Shown here: piece by piece, positions 29,188 through 44,024 of the stretch
Numbering within the stretch: the first letter of the stretch is position 1
Layout of the letters: each line of letters starts with the position of its first letter
Assembly (NCBI GenBank): GCA_951406725.2
Contig: OX597815.1
Location: 21,018,001 to 21,082,000 of the forward strand
Direction of reading: 5' to 3'
DNA from: Octopus vulgaris
Lineage: Eukaryota
Length of the DNA stretch: 64,000 nt
The notes under the pieces: model-generated
What the model was told of the DNA's origin: nothing
Databases searched by the model: none
What the model saw: only the letters and a program-made list of their open reading frames with translations
Made by a program: the position numbers and the translations under genes

Positions 29188-29880
29188 TCTCCGAAAGTTT
29201 TCTGCGGCACCACCTGTTGTACTTCCGTGTTCTTGAGGTGTGTACAGCGTTGTGTTCTTACTTTTGAAGGCGTCAAGAGAGCATAGACTCTTCTTGTTGC
29301 TGAACTGTATCAGTTTGTTTTGTTGTGGTGTTTAGTTTATTGTGTCTTGTATTAGCATTCGTTCCGTTGTGCAGAATTGCGTAAGGGGAGTTGTGTAATT
29401 TTATTGGGCATACCTTGCACGAGTCGTGTTGGTTTAGATTATAAGGTGCTTAATAAATAGGGTATATTATGTGAAAAGATTGTTCTGTTTAAGCTATTCT
29501 ATTGAATCGATAGTCTTCCGGAAGATATGGGATGTTCGTACCTGAGCTATCTTTTGAACAATGTGTAGGGTTGTGAGCTCTGATATGGTTTTTATGCTTT
29601 ATTTCCTATTCTTTTTAATTATACCTAATGCTCCAGTAACTATTGGTATAGTTTGTTTTCACTGTCCATCTCCACGTCTTGAATATTTTAATTTCAAGGT
29701 CCCTGCTTTTTGATAGCTTTTTTTTCCACTTCTTTTCGGGCAATATTTTCGCCAGAACGGATTGCAATGTCTATCAGTGTGCATGCGTATATTTTCCGGT
29801 CTTTTATTATTATGTCTAGACGGTTTGCCTTGATCTCTTTGTCAGTTTGACCGCGAATATCCAATATGGCACTTCCCATT
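29188..29880 (-). mobile_element. 5'-truncated Dong/R4-type LINE (REL domain plus 3' UTR)
   Basis: TDKEIKANRLDIIIKD...LIDIAI, TIPIVTGALGII and VQKIAQVRTSHIFRK; (TAA)n tail at 29114-29187. Confidence 0.8.
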
Positions 29881-29974
29881 CAATTTCACGGTCGGAAAAA
29901 TAAAATTCAGTGTTATAGCTACAATAAAAAAACTCTCTCTTTGGTATTAAGTGTTTTGGTATTAAGTAGTATGC

Positions 29975-30320
29975 GTGGGAGTATGGCGAGCTCATCTACT
30001 AGATGAAGGCATCTCATTCACAAGGATCGTCACCGAGAGTATCCGTTGGCTCTCTCACGTGATTAGAATCAATTATAGAATCCATCAAAAGTTTATCAGA
30101 GAAACACTGAACATGTATCGCTCGAAACTCTTGATCAAAAGCAGCGAGGACTTAACATGGCTGCCAAAAGGGCATACGTTGAAGATAGTAAATAATATTC
30201 AAATGTATTCGTAGGCGTTATTCAAACGTCTTTCAGGAGGAAAAGAAATTCCCATAGAGCTTTGAAATGGATATGGTCTGGAGTCGTTGTGTACGTTCCA
30301 ACGGGGACTTTCAAAGTGGA
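29975..30320 (+). mobile_element. Possible very old RTE-like LINE fragment
   Basis: IRWLSHVIRI resembles LRWLGHVxRM; little other support. Confidence 0.3.
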
Positions 30321-31061
30321 AGGTGTTCGAATATAAAAATATAAGAAATACAGTATTTATTACACACCACATCTCCCATAAACAATGTATTCCTAAATAC
30401 ACACACACACACACACAAATAAATAATATGCGTGTGTATGTGTATATGTGTGTGCATGTATGTAAGTATGTATGTATATGGATTACGAAAGTACTTAATA
30501 CCAAAGCAATTAATACCAAAGGGAGAGTGGTATTTATAACTGTAACAACAAGCACATCGAATTTCATTTTACCGAAGAGTCATATTTGATATGAATGCAC
30601 TTCATATCCACTCTGATGATCGTAAGCATAACATTCTAACAACCACATGGGATGTACCAGCTATTACAGTCATATATATACCTACACACATATCTATAAA
30701 CCTCTCTCCCTTCCCTTCTCTCTCTCCCTCTCTGTATGTATGTATGTGTGTGTGTGAATATTTTGCATAGTAGTGGCCCTACTCTCCCGTTGAACCAACA
30801 TATTTTTAAACTCTACTGTGCAACGCTGTAAGTCAGAATTTTCCTATTAGGATAACAAGATTTTGCCTCGTGGATCTATAAAAATTCGTGTTATTCCATA
30901 CACCGATGATGTTTTGGGTCCTTATGATATATTACATGGTGGTGATCCCAGTCATGGTTCATCAGAAACATCTCTAAAGATTTATTGTAACATTAAGTTT
31001 GATTATTTGGATTCACAATTTTCCATGTAAAAGTACTCATCACACCGATATGTCTTATCTG

Positions 31062-31123
<62 letters not shown>

Positions 31124-31517
31124 TTATATATGAGGATAATATCGATATTTAAGTATCAATATTATCAAGTGGCCAGCATGGAAAAAATACCGTACAAAGG
31201 TACTTAGACACCCTCATTTTTAATTGTTATATATATATATATATGGAGAGAGAGAGAGAGAGAATGAGATGTATTTATGTATATATATATATATACACCA
31301 GACACGACCAATACAACGTACACTTTTGGATTAGCCCAAAGACTATTAAAATGCTCATAAAGGTTAAATTCTCAGTATACATAACCTGAATATTTTATTG
31401 GATGTACTTCGGTACCCATGATATTTATTTGACGAAAGATGCTGTTTACTAGTTAATTCGACCCAACCTGGTACCTATCATTTAAGTACCTGATCCCTTT
31501 GAATCCTTAATATTCTA

Positions 31518-31617
<100 letters not shown>

Positions 31618-32554
31618 CGTGCGTATTCTCGTTTTTATATATTTTCATTTTTAAGTTTATCCCTATTGACCTCTCAAAGAATTCAGAGCCATCACTGTAA
31701 TTTACGACGTTTCACATATGAATACACCAATGTACACAATGCGACCGAAGGTGGGAGAAATAGGGGATGAGTGTATATGGATATTTCAAAAGTTATTGCT
31801 ATATCCTCAGCGTCATATCCAACTCATCAACAACAATTCATGAGCTCAACCCGTCACACATCAGCGAATGCCTCGCCCTCCGCTAACTCTTATTGCGAAG
31901 ACGGAAAATCCTCCGCATCATTCGAAGAAAAGGAAAAAAGGAATATCTTACTTTCCTCCTTTCTCCTTGCTGTATAAATCTATCAGGCAACGAGGTATTA
32001 TTTTTCTCGATACATCTCATCTATGGTTCATCTTTTTTCCTTCAGTTGGCTCATATCGGGGAACTCTTTATGTCCCACAATGATTACAAAAGATGAAATG
32101 GTAGTGGTGGTGTTTTGGATGCTCATACTACTTTTCTTTCATTTGAATTAATCTTTTCAATACTATTTTTCAATACTATTTTTCTGTGTGCCTGTTAGCA
32201 AGATTATCTGTGTTAGCGTGTGCCTGTGCATACGTGTTTGTGTTTCCTATAATGCAACAGTAGTATAAGATTCATAATATCTATCTGCTAAAATCTATTT
32301 TCGGGTTAATTTACGTATTCGGAATAATGCTGTCAACATTGTCACACTCCTCTTATTTCTGCTACTGAAGTGGCCATCTTACGATGTAAACAACAGTGGA
32401 AATGGCTATTTACCGAAAATAGTTGGTGAAAAATGTCCAAGGAAGACTCTTCATGCCGTCTCAGGCAATGATGTGGACATTCAAACAATTCGTAATTCTT
32501 TTACTTGTAAACTAAAAAAAAAATTGCCATAAAAGAGTTCTGACATAAACATGC

Positions 32555-32594
<40 letters not shown>

Positions 32595-32624
32595 CCTAAT
32601 AATAATAATAATAATAATAATAAT

Positions 32625-32724
32625 CACCGTCGACATAGGTTGTATCATGTGTGGTGACCTATCAGACGGTAGTTGATGGTATATGCTTCGTATATTACCC
32701 CATCATAGGCATGATCTCTCTCCC
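32625..32724 (+). mobile_element. Diverged short end-fragment of family T within (AAT)n
   Basis: tatcagacggtagt.gatggtata...tatattacccc...ggcatg..ctctctc matches the reverse complement of 23422-23550. Confidence 0.65.
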
Positions 32725-32761
32725 AATAATAATAATAATAATAATAATAACAATAATAATA

Positions 32762-32849
<88 letters not shown>

Positions 32850-33062
32850 CTTTCTATTATAGGTGCAACGACTGAAATTTGGGGGCAGGGGGATAGTAGA
32901 TTACATCGACCCCACTGTTCGACTAGTAATTATTTTATCGATCGCCAAAAGATGAAAAGTACAATTGACCTCAGCTGAGTTTCAACTCGGAACCTACAGA
33001 TGAACGAAATGCCGCTAAGCACTTTGCCAGGCATGCTAACGTTTCTGCCAGATAGCTGCCCA

Positions 33063-33129
<67 letters not shown>

Positions 33130-33345
33130 GTTTCAAATTTTGCTGCAAAAACAGCCATTTTTGGAGGATGGGTATGAGTCGATTATATCGACCCTAGTGT
33201 TCAACTGGTACTTATTTTATCGATCCCGAAAGGATGAACGGCAAAGTTGACTTGGGGGAATTTGAACCCAGAAGGAAGCGATGGGTGATATACCGCTAAG
33301 CATTTCGTCCAGTACGCTAACGATTCTGCCGGCTCGCCGTCTTAC
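32850..33345 (-). mobile_element. Two head-to-tail family M SINEs separated by (AAT)n
   Basis: 32850-33060 and 33128-33345 each carry the reverse-complement core atcga.cccgaaaggatgaa.ggcaaagttgac. Confidence 0.8.
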
Positions 33346-33369
33346 ATCATCATCATCATCATCATCATC

Positions 33370-33412
<43 letters not shown>

Positions 33413-33690
33413 TAATAATAATAATAACAATTATGAGAATAGGTGGATTAATGATAAACCGTATAATATCGATGGATTAAAGTTATCCTCAAAAAAAATG
33501 CTTACTTATGTAATTAATACAGCTAGCTAACTAGATAGATAGATAGATAGATAGGGAATAAACATTTATTGAATAAGCTTACTCTAGCCAAAAATAGTAT
33601 TATGACTGGACAAAATTTGATGACTAAGGACATTAAGGACGTTATTGTACGCATAATGTATTCCTCTAAAAAATCTCTGCCTCAAATACA

Positions 33691-33795
33691 TAGGTGTTTT
33701 CGCTCAATAAACACACACAACGCCCGGTCTGGGAATCGAAACCGCGATCCTCCGACCGCGAGTCCGCTGCCCTAACCATTGGGCCATTGCGCCTC
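33691..33795 (-). mobile_element. SINE head A only
   Basis: Reverse complement of 26051-26157. Confidence 0.85.
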
Positions 33796-34211
33796 TGCTG
33801 CTCCTGCTGTGTAGCTTCAGGTCAACTCTCATTAAAAAAATTTATGACCTGTATGACCAACAGCTTTCTAATGCTGATCATCCAGTCTTGTTACAAGACA
33901 TAGTGTATCTTCTAATTATTTAATGGGTTCTTTCAATTTAAGGACATTCCTAACGCTACAATAATAAGCTGGAATGTGTTTTCACTGCACTGTGAATTAA
34001 CTTTAATTAAAGGAAATACCAGCCATTGATATCTTTATTGCATCCAACCGTGTTAGTTTAAGCAAACATCTTAGTTGTGTAAAATGTATTTCATCGTTTG
34101 CTCGATTATATTCCCATTTGTGGAAACTTTTTGCGAAATATTTAGATGTGTAAGTCTATTTTATACTTACATAGTATGCACGTGCATAGATATATTCAAA
34201 CGTTATCGTTG

Positions 34212-34315
<104 letters not shown>

Positions 34316-34316
34316 T

Positions 34317-34557
<241 letters not shown>

Positions 34558-34871
34558 CAGCCGGGCAGACAGACAGACAAATAGATAGATGGATAGACAG
34601 ACAGATAGATAGACAAACTCACGGACATTCGAACACCAACACGCATACAACACACGCACACACATGCACATACATGCATACAGATATACGCACACACGTT
34701 CTAGTACAAATGACCAAGCAAGCATTTTGTATATACGTGTGCATGTGTGCTGTGTGTATGTGTTTGCGTGCGTGAATTCGTACGCATGCACACGGATCTA
34801 TGTGCGTGTGAGCTTGTCCAAATGATTGTGTGTATGCGTGTATGCAACTGTATGTGTGCATACAAACGTCT

Positions 34872-34912
<41 letters not shown>

Positions 34913-35369
34913 TGGCTGGTTAATATGCACCATTGTTAGAGTCAACTGAAAGCACCTTCCCCAATTGGATATGACAAGCAGAGTTGATAAAGTTATCCAT
35001 ATGGTGTTAATGTAGTCTTTGTTCACACCACGGTCTTCGGTCTGTAACAGTTATCGGATGTATATTCGTAAAATATAATACAAAGAACAAGTAGTATCGA
35101 TCAGATGCTATATATGTTGGGTTCTATCCACTGTAAAAGGGGCTATATCACGAGGTCGGTATATAATAGTTGATACACTACGTAGCTTCGGATTTGGTAT
35201 ATGGTTAGCCTTTGTTGGAATCTGTGTGTGCGTGTGCGCGTGTGCACGCGTGGACCTAATAATGTATTCGTCGAGTTTTGTTTTTGTGATGGCCTTTTTA
35301 ATGTTTATTATCTTTACACTACGTATATATGCGTACGTTTAAAGATATTTATAGCTATCTATCTATACA

Positions 35370-35426
<57 letters not shown>

Positions 35427-35429
<3 letters not shown>

Positions 35430-35517
35430 GGAGACTTCACAAAAGACAAAAGACCAAAACAGGTAGTGTCGAACAGATGTATTAGTTTAACGCTAGGGAA
35501 GTGAAAAAGGTTTTAAC

Positions 35518-35522
<5 letters not shown>
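35427..35522 (-). mobile_element. Family H element, 5'-truncated within the hammerhead-like motif
   Basis: Minus strand starts aaacgttaaaacc...agcgttaaactaatacatctg; (TA)n on both sides. Confidence 0.65.
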
Positions 35523-35559
<37 letters not shown>

Positions 35560-35562
<3 letters not shown>

Positions 35563-36000
35563 TTTTATTCTTTTATTGGTTTCGGTCATTTGACTTCGGA
35601 TATGCTGGGGCACAGCCTTTAGTCGAATGAATCGACCCCAGGACTTATTCATTGTAAGCCTAGTACTTATTCAATCGGTACCTTTTGCCGAACTGCTAAT
35701 TTACGGGGACGTAAACACACCAACTTTGGTTGTCAAGCGACGGTGGGGGGCCAAATATAGGCACACAAACACACACATGCATGCATATAAAAATACATAC
35801 ACACACACATACACACACACACACACACACATACACACGACGGCCTTCTTTCAGTTTCCGTCTACTTAATCCGCTCAAATGTTTTTGGTCAGCCCGAGGC
35901 TGAAGTAGAAGACATTTGCCCAAGATGCCACGCAGTGGGACTGAAACCGGATCCACGTCGTTGAGAAGTAAGCTTTTTACCACACAGCCACGCCTGCGCC
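35560..36000 (-). mobile_element. Family C SINE, near full length
   Basis: Same two-part structure as 1-280 and 60755-61258. Confidence 0.85.
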
Positions 36001-36024
36001 TCGGTGTGTGTATGTGTGTAGTTG

Positions 36025-36200
36025 AAATTTATGAAAAAACCAAAAGACGAAGACAAGTGTATGAACAACAAACAAGTTTATTAGTTTGAAGCTCAGGAAA
36101 ATGAAAAAGTCTTTTATGTTTCGAGCCTACGCTCTTCAACAGAAAGGATTAAGAGAAAATAATAAGAGATAGAATGAGAAAAAAATTGTAGATTTCAGAA
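36025..36200 (-). mobile_element. Family H element
   Basis: Reverse-complement homolog of 17215-17410. Confidence 0.7.
36111..36146 (-). ncRNA. Minimal type I hammerhead-like motif (variant core)
   Basis: cttt-CTGTTGA-A-gagc(gtag)gctc-GAAA-ca-TA-aaag. Confidence 0.45.
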
Positions 36201-36227
36201 AGTATATATATATATATATATATCCTG

Positions 36228-36372
36228 TAACTTAGCTATTTGGCAAAAGAGACCGATAGAATAAATACCTGGCTTTAATAAATTAAGTACTGTGGTCTAT
36301 AATTTCGGCTAAAATTCTTCAAGGCGGCGCTCCAGCATGCCCGCAGTCTATTGACTGAAACAAGTAAAAGAT
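36228..36372 (+). mobile_element. 3' half of family C SINE
   Basis: ggcaaaagagaccgatagaataa...ggcggcgctccagcatgcccgcagtc..tgactgaaacaagtaaaag. Confidence 0.7.
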
Positions 36373-37086
36373 ATATATATCTTATACAATGCTATACATG
36401 TATTCCCCATAAATTTTCTTATACTAAAGTTCAAGATGAATATCGTGAGTTTATTTCCTTTTAAAGATTTTAACATTTTTACAAATTAATTAATTGCAAA
36501 TTTAATTGAGGAAATTCTCACAATCAATTTTTTTTTCTTTTCTCTTTGGCCAATTCACTGTACAAGATAACTTACTAAACTTTAAATGGCGGTTTAGAAA
36601 TTTTTACACATTTGTCTGTATGCCTTTATGTGTATAAGTGTGTGTTAGTGCGTGCGATTGAGTGTGGTGTCATATTTTCTTGGGGATATTTTTTTTTATT
36701 GCTGATGATGTTGCTGTTGTTCTTTATTTAGGTTTTTTTTTCTGTTCTTCCTTTTTCCTTCACTGCATTTGTGTATGCCATGCTTTGAGAATGGAGCAAA
36801 TCGTGAATGACGTCTTTTAAGAGATGAAAATCTGTAGTGATACCCTCAATGATTTCTCATGGGGAATAAGTTAACGAAAGACGTCTAGCTAGCGAGTTAA
36901 CTGCACTATCTTTCCTTTACAATCCTCATGTCATTCAGCTTTCCACTGATAACTTACTGATTATATACGGATTTCTTTCTCTTCTGTCTTCACGTTTCTT
37001 TCTTTCTATTTTTGTGTTTTTTGTTTTTTTTGTTTTTGCAATTCTTGTTGATTAATACACACATACAACGATATATATGTATGTAT

Positions 37087-37155
<69 letters not shown>

Positions 37156-37394
37156 TGAACGTGTGTAAATATGAGTGTGTATATACATATATACGCATAT
37201 ACAATATACACATATGAGTGTATGTGTGTAAATATGTATATATGCATGTGTAAGCGTACGCGACTGGATGGATAGAAAGATAGATAGATAGTCATAGTTA
37301 TATAAGAATGTATACATACACTCACACACATACTGACATATATTTACGTGTATGTATATATATATATATATACATACATACATACATACATACA

Positions 37395-37430
<36 letters not shown>

Positions 37431-37973
37431 CATACATACGTACATATATATATGAGAACGTATGTATGTAAACATATTTACATATGTGTGTGTGTGTTTG
37501 TATATGTGTACAATGCCTAAACAGAAAGTGTTGCAGTTATCTAGATACAGATGCTGAAAACAAAATAGAGCAGAAAATACAAGACAGGAGCTATGCAAAG
37601 TATTATAAAGAAAAGCTTCAGGAACACAACAACCACAACAAGACAAAATAAAACGTGAATAAGAAACACGAAAATTCTGACAATTTCATTTTTATTTCTC
37701 CTTTTCAATTTGCTCTTCTATATTTTTATTTTGTATTTTATAAATATATATTTCAATTAATCCTTGCCATTTTTGGATGTGTTGATGGAGGTGGAAAAGG
37801 GAATGAAGGTTGTAAGCTATTTTATTAAATACCGTCATAAATAAGGGAGGTCGCTATTGTTAACGGGCTGCTTGACTCATCAACATAAATTTTGCAATCT
37901 GTCAGAGTCGGCTTAACTTTCCCCTAACTCGGGAAAGCAGCACTGTATGAAACATAACCATAGCTATAAACGT

Positions 37974-38018
<45 letters not shown>

Positions 38019-38879
38019 CTCGACGGCTGTACCACACTATGGTCACACTGGGGTAGATGTAACTTTTAGACAGAGGGTTAAATTTTCAATAGTTGTTAAC
38101 TGACAATTTAACATGACTTCTGGAGGAGCAAGAAGCGGTGCACACATTACATTACACTCCCATAGAAGAAAAAAACACTTGCAAACAATTACTCAAGAAG
38201 GAAAATAAAATCAAATTAATACAATAGAACAGTTAGAGAAGGCGTTTGCACTTTGACAAATGAAAAAATATTGATATTTCAAAATATATTTCCTTACATA
38301 GATACAAAATCCATATCCACCTCAGTGCTTGACTAGCATTTATTTTATCAACCCTCAAATGGATGAAGGGCAAAATTAAACTTAGCGGGATTTGTATTCA
38401 TGGCACAAAGAATTGATTGAAACAAACATTTGTCTGACGCTCCAACGATTCTGTCAACCCAAAGCCCTCACTATAGCAATTTTGTAGCACAGATAACTAG
38501 AGAGAAATACTAATTAAATGTCGACTTGCACCTAGTCTTTAAAGTTATGGACGAAGTGATGCCGTAACCGAAATAGATCCGCCATGTACCGACCTACAAG
38601 AAGGTACTGCAGTATATGGTGAGAAAAATACAGGGACATTAGTAGAGACGTTGACCCTCGTCTAGTGATCCCTGAAATTTTGGAAGAGGGGCTTGCTTGA
38701 TTAAATCGAGTCCATGGTTGTTTATTCTATCGTCTTTGTGGGGATGAAATGCAATGTTGGCTTCGGCACAATTTGAACTAAGAACATAAAGAACTAGAAT
38801 AAATAACCCAAAGAATTTTTGTCCGGCATTCGATCGATTCTGCTAATCACAAAATTTGTTGCTGTTTGCTTGTTTGTTT

Positions 38880-39271
38880 GTTGAGCGAAGCGGTCTTCAT
38901 CCCTACCCTCTTCTCCTTAGAGCACGCAAGATCGCACCTCAGGATTGTCTGTAGTGGGAGAAGCTCGAAACGTAGTCCTTTGCTATTCGTAAGACCCGCA
39001 GAAGAGAAAGCAGGTCAACCCCCAACACCGAGAGCATCGACAGATGGATGAACGCGCATCCAGGCTCAACGGTTGCGTAGGAAGTCGGGGACAAGAAACA
39101 GGAAGAAAGAGTGAGAAAAAGTTGGAGCGAAAGAATACAACAGGGGTCGCCACCATCCCCTGTCGGAGCCTCGTGGAGCTTTAGGTGTTTTCGCTCAATA
39201 AACACACACAACGCCCGGTCTGGGAATCGAAACCGCGAGTCCGCTGCCCTAACCACTGGGCCATTGTGCAT
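38880..39271 (-). mobile_element. tRNA-derived SINE (head A, tail Y)
   Basis: Head matches 26051-26250 with a short deletion; 38880-39090 is unrelated to tail X. Confidence 0.8.
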
Positions 39272-40209
39272 TCACTGTTGATGTTGCCTCCCTACGGGCG
39301 ATTTTAGTTATATGCTTGTTTGCTATAATACACCATTCTATCGGGTGGATACAGACAAGTTTGCTATGATACTCAAAACTTGAAGAATCAAAACAAAATT
39401 CTACAAAACATTTGTTCTAACAATTTCGCCAAATAACCACCTTAGATTAGTACGTTATTTTATCTCTCTAGGAAAGCTACTCTAGGCGACATTTGATCTG
39501 AGAACATAAAGAACTGGAACAGATACCTTGAGGCATATTGTTCGAGATACTCTTATAATTATGGCTGTTTGCCGCACCTGTGGGCCTTTCTTGTTTTTAT
39601 TTTTTTAAATAATTCGACGAGAAGACATTTTAAAGACATCAATTTTTTATAATGATATCTAGGTATTATTTCATGAATGTCGATACCACTTATCTGTTTT
39701 TGTCTAATTTGCAGATTATATATTTTCTCAGTAAATATAGTTTCGTATTCGATGATCGCATAAAACCTTGTCGAGATATTTTCATTCTAAACGTTTATAG
39801 CTGCATTCGTTGATAATGGACTTCACTATTGTTGTTTTTTAGTCTCTTGGTTCTGTTTTACACTAAAACTTTCTTTCAAGTATTTCTATTATTGTTGGCA
39901 GACATCTTTCCTTTGTATTCTTTTTTTTTTTTTTTTTTGTATTTTGTTCATGCGTTTATAATGTATTTTTAATTTCCGGTTTTGCGTTCTCATTTCTTTC
40001 AAATAGTTCGTTGTCTCTGAACAAGTTTTCTCATCTTCAAATCGTCTGATTCGTTAAGACTTCACCAAGATTTTCTGTCTGAATGACTGTTAATTCTCAA
40101 AGCTTATTTTTTTCCCTCCAGCCTCATATTTCTCATACACATGCATATATACATACGTACACACATACAAGTGAGTGCGCGCGCGCGTGCGTGTGTCTGT
40201 GCGTGTGCA

Positions 40210-40269
<60 letters not shown>

Positions 40270-43200
40270 TGTGTGTGTGTGTATTCTTTATTTTACACTA
40301 ATCTATAAGTTTTTCTTGTATATTCCATCTAACCTTGGTTAGCCACATCACTTTAGAGGCCATCAACTTTTGGAAGATGTTTTACCATACTATACTGAAA
40401 ATTAGTATCATCCTAAGAGCGTGCTTAATTGTTTTTAATGATATAATTATGCCATTATACTATTACTTTATATATTGCGTTCAACATTCTGTGGGGAATT
40501 CTTGATATACTAATAGTAGTTGTCTTCGTTCACTCTCGTACTGTCTGTTGGAGTGCAAATAATTCTTGATTAGATACTCGGTCACGTCTAGTGAAACTAC
40601 GTTTATTTATCAACCTATATTTAATACAGTACATATATTGAAGTAGTATGCAATATATCTTCGAGTATGGCTTTAAACTACACAACTCTGCTCGGGCGAT
40701 CGACATCCGAATTAGGCCTTTTGCTTAGGATTACGAGTTCCGCAGCAATGTGGTATACATAGTAACTGGTATCTTCTATGCGTATTCAACCGTGAAACTA
40801 TGGCTGCTGTACGAGTACAACTCTTCTAAACGTTGCTTGCAAAGATAGATGTTTTTTTAAAGATGGATTAAAATGTAAATTGTAATGGCTGCAGCACTCC
40901 TCTGAGGAACAACTGTTATTAGCGTTAGAAGATATGATAAGAAAACGTCACATAATTTCTCTTAATGCTCGATGCAAAGGCAGTTCGTACTTGATAGAAG
41001 AAATGAAAAAGCAATATACCCATGTTGCTAAATACATATATTAGCTAAATACTACGTACACAATACATTTAAAATCAATTTACGGTGTCGTATTTTTCGT
41101 TATGCCTTATAGTTTTTGATCCAAAATTTCGTAATGGTGTCTACGGTTATACATGATTTTCCAGTATACTTCTTTATACTTAAATGTTTCCCTGGGTTTT
41201 GATACTAGGTCATCCAAATCAATTTTTCTCTTTGAATGACGGTACTGAGTTATGTCTCCTTAGGTTCGAGTTCAAATTCCACTGAGGATAATTTTGCATT
41301 TCATACTGCCAGTGATTAAAGAAACAAAATATTGGGCATAGGTCGATTTAATCAATGATATCCCCTAGTACCAAAATATGTGTTACCTTGTGTCTTTGAT
41401 AGAAATCATAATAAATTGTAATTATTTCTTATGGGTAAAACTTCAGTATGTAATACGTGGGTAATATATATATAGTACGTTAGATATTACCTTTTAGTTC
41501 CCAGTATTTTAGTTGGTAGCGTTTGTATCACTGCTGGCAAATACCATCTTTGGTTGAGTATGCAGAACGTAGTTATATTACTGCAACGTACTTTGCATTA
41601 CGTCTTCAAGTTATAGTTTCAGTATGTAGTATGATGTGTAATACAGCTAAATGCAAACATTTTGTTTCCGAAGTTTATGGCTTCGGCATGATGTTTGTTA
41701 TACAATTAGTACTATATACATACACTACACTTTGATTTTTTATTGATTTTAGTTTCACTTAATGCCTACTAATGTTACCAAAGCCTTTAGTTTTAAATGT
41801 GACCACTTTGAACAAGAAGCCAGTCTCTTGTTTTGGCACAATCTTACCAGTATGATAGCTTTAGAGCTTTAGATTCAAAGTACATACGCTACAAACAATT
41901 GTAGATAAAACAATATTGTTATTTATTGTTTGCGGTGCAATTGTTGCTGTATATAGCTTACTATTTTTTCTTTTCAACATTATACTGAAAATTTAATGTT
42001 TATTGGCCCCCATCCCCAACTTTTCATTGCTTGTTCTTCTCATTGGACCGCTGGAAAATTTGGTTCAAGGTTTCATAATACAAAGCATGAACGGGTTTCA
42101 ATCTCCCCGTTAAAGCAATTTTACTTTACAATATGCCACCGGAGATTTTCTAGAGACAATGATGATTAACATTGCACATTGTTATACACACACAAACACA
42201 AAGAATTCATTCCTTAACCTAGTTATATATATGTGTGTGTGTGTCTGTGTGTGTGTGTGTGTGTGTACATGTATCATCTGTATTTGTGCTTGTGTGTGTA
42301 AGTATATCAACTTATCAATCATCATCATTATCATCATTTCTTGAACGCCATGCTGCAGTCACCGTCTTCGTCATCATATTCTGTAATATAACCTTATCTT
42401 TAAGCCGTTGTTACGTTAAAAGACTGAGTTTCCTAATTCTAGCTGGAAAAGCGACCACTTAGGTGCTCCCTGAGCAAGAGAACGTTGGAAAGTTAGATTA
42501 AATGCTGGATACGCAAATGGTGCTTTGTGGTTGAGCGGTGCAGTTGGTAAATTACCTTTGTACCTATTTGCAGTTAGGTCAACTTAAGGTTATTCAGCAT
42601 TTGATGTATTGCCCATGATTACTTTTCTGCATCACTGATGGAAGGCGATCTGCTGACTCTTCGCTGCAAATCTGGCAGCTTATGTGTTCAGACATCTACA
42701 CGTTTGTATTTTCAAATATCTGCAAGTGCTTCTGCATAAATGCTGTATACTTTCAAACCTTCAAACCACAACCTACTGCCTTTAAAAAAGGATGGTTCAT
42801 ACTTGATAAAGTTGTTCTAGTTACACAATAAGTAGGAATAATCATGGCTTTTATCATAGATCTTTTCGGACAACATTTATACGGCTGGTTTAATCTAGAA
42901 AGCGATTGGTTGTGAATTAGAGAAATAAGTCGTATAACACATGAAGAAATGAAGGAATATTGCATACTCACTACCAAGGATGATTACAAAGGATAAGATA
43001 CGTGTTATGATATCTCAAATAATTTATATTGAATATAAATCATGGCTGCGTTGTGCCTTATCAATCGTTTCGTGTAAAAATATTGCTTAGGAAAGTCGAA
43101 AAGCACATTAACATTGAACTAAACTGTGAATTATTTCTAGTCTTTTTTGCTTGCTAACGATTGAATTCTCATATTATTCGGAGCATTTCTTCTTCTGTTA

Positions 43201-43578
43201 TAGAGATATATATTTACTATCTTGATAAATGATAATTATTACCTTGGCAACTGGTAATTACTTTCATAAACCTGAACCTTTCTGCTATTGATATTTAGAT
43301 AAGTCTGGGAGAAAGTCGATCGTATCACTCGTATGAGCCATCACCACTTTCGAAGTAATATTTATCGGAATTCTGTGAACATATTTCTAGCTTACAATTA
43401 ACAGCTCTGTTGATCATCATATGCTGCCCTTCATGGTTAAAATTTTTCTCCAAGTCCATTATTCACAAACATGGTTTGATTTCCATTATGAAAATTTAGC
43501 GCTGATAACCAGTAATCTTACTACCGCGCACCCAGCCACACACACACACACACACACACACACAAATATATACACATA

Positions 43579-43638
<60 letters not shown>

Positions 43639-43707
43639 TTGAGTGTGTGTATATATACATAATATATATATATGTATACATATATATGTGTGTGTGTGTA
43701 TGTATAA

Positions 43708-43800
<93 letters not shown>

Positions 43801-44024
43801 GTGACACGTTTATAGTTACATGATATATCAGTTGTATCAGACATATCAGACAGCACTGGTGTAATTTCGTATATTAGAGTGGACTTTCTAAGAGTTTAAA
43901 AACTTCTAACTGATTCGCAAAATAACCGTAATACTGCTTACGTTCCCTACATACAATAATTTACCAACCTTTCGTTATTAACTATGCCAATTATCAGTAC
44001 ATACATTTATATATAAAGTTAATC

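Noticed and set aside
31771-32096. Three short overlapping ORFs in unique sequence
   Set aside because: No recognisable domain or splice structure; lengths are within chance.
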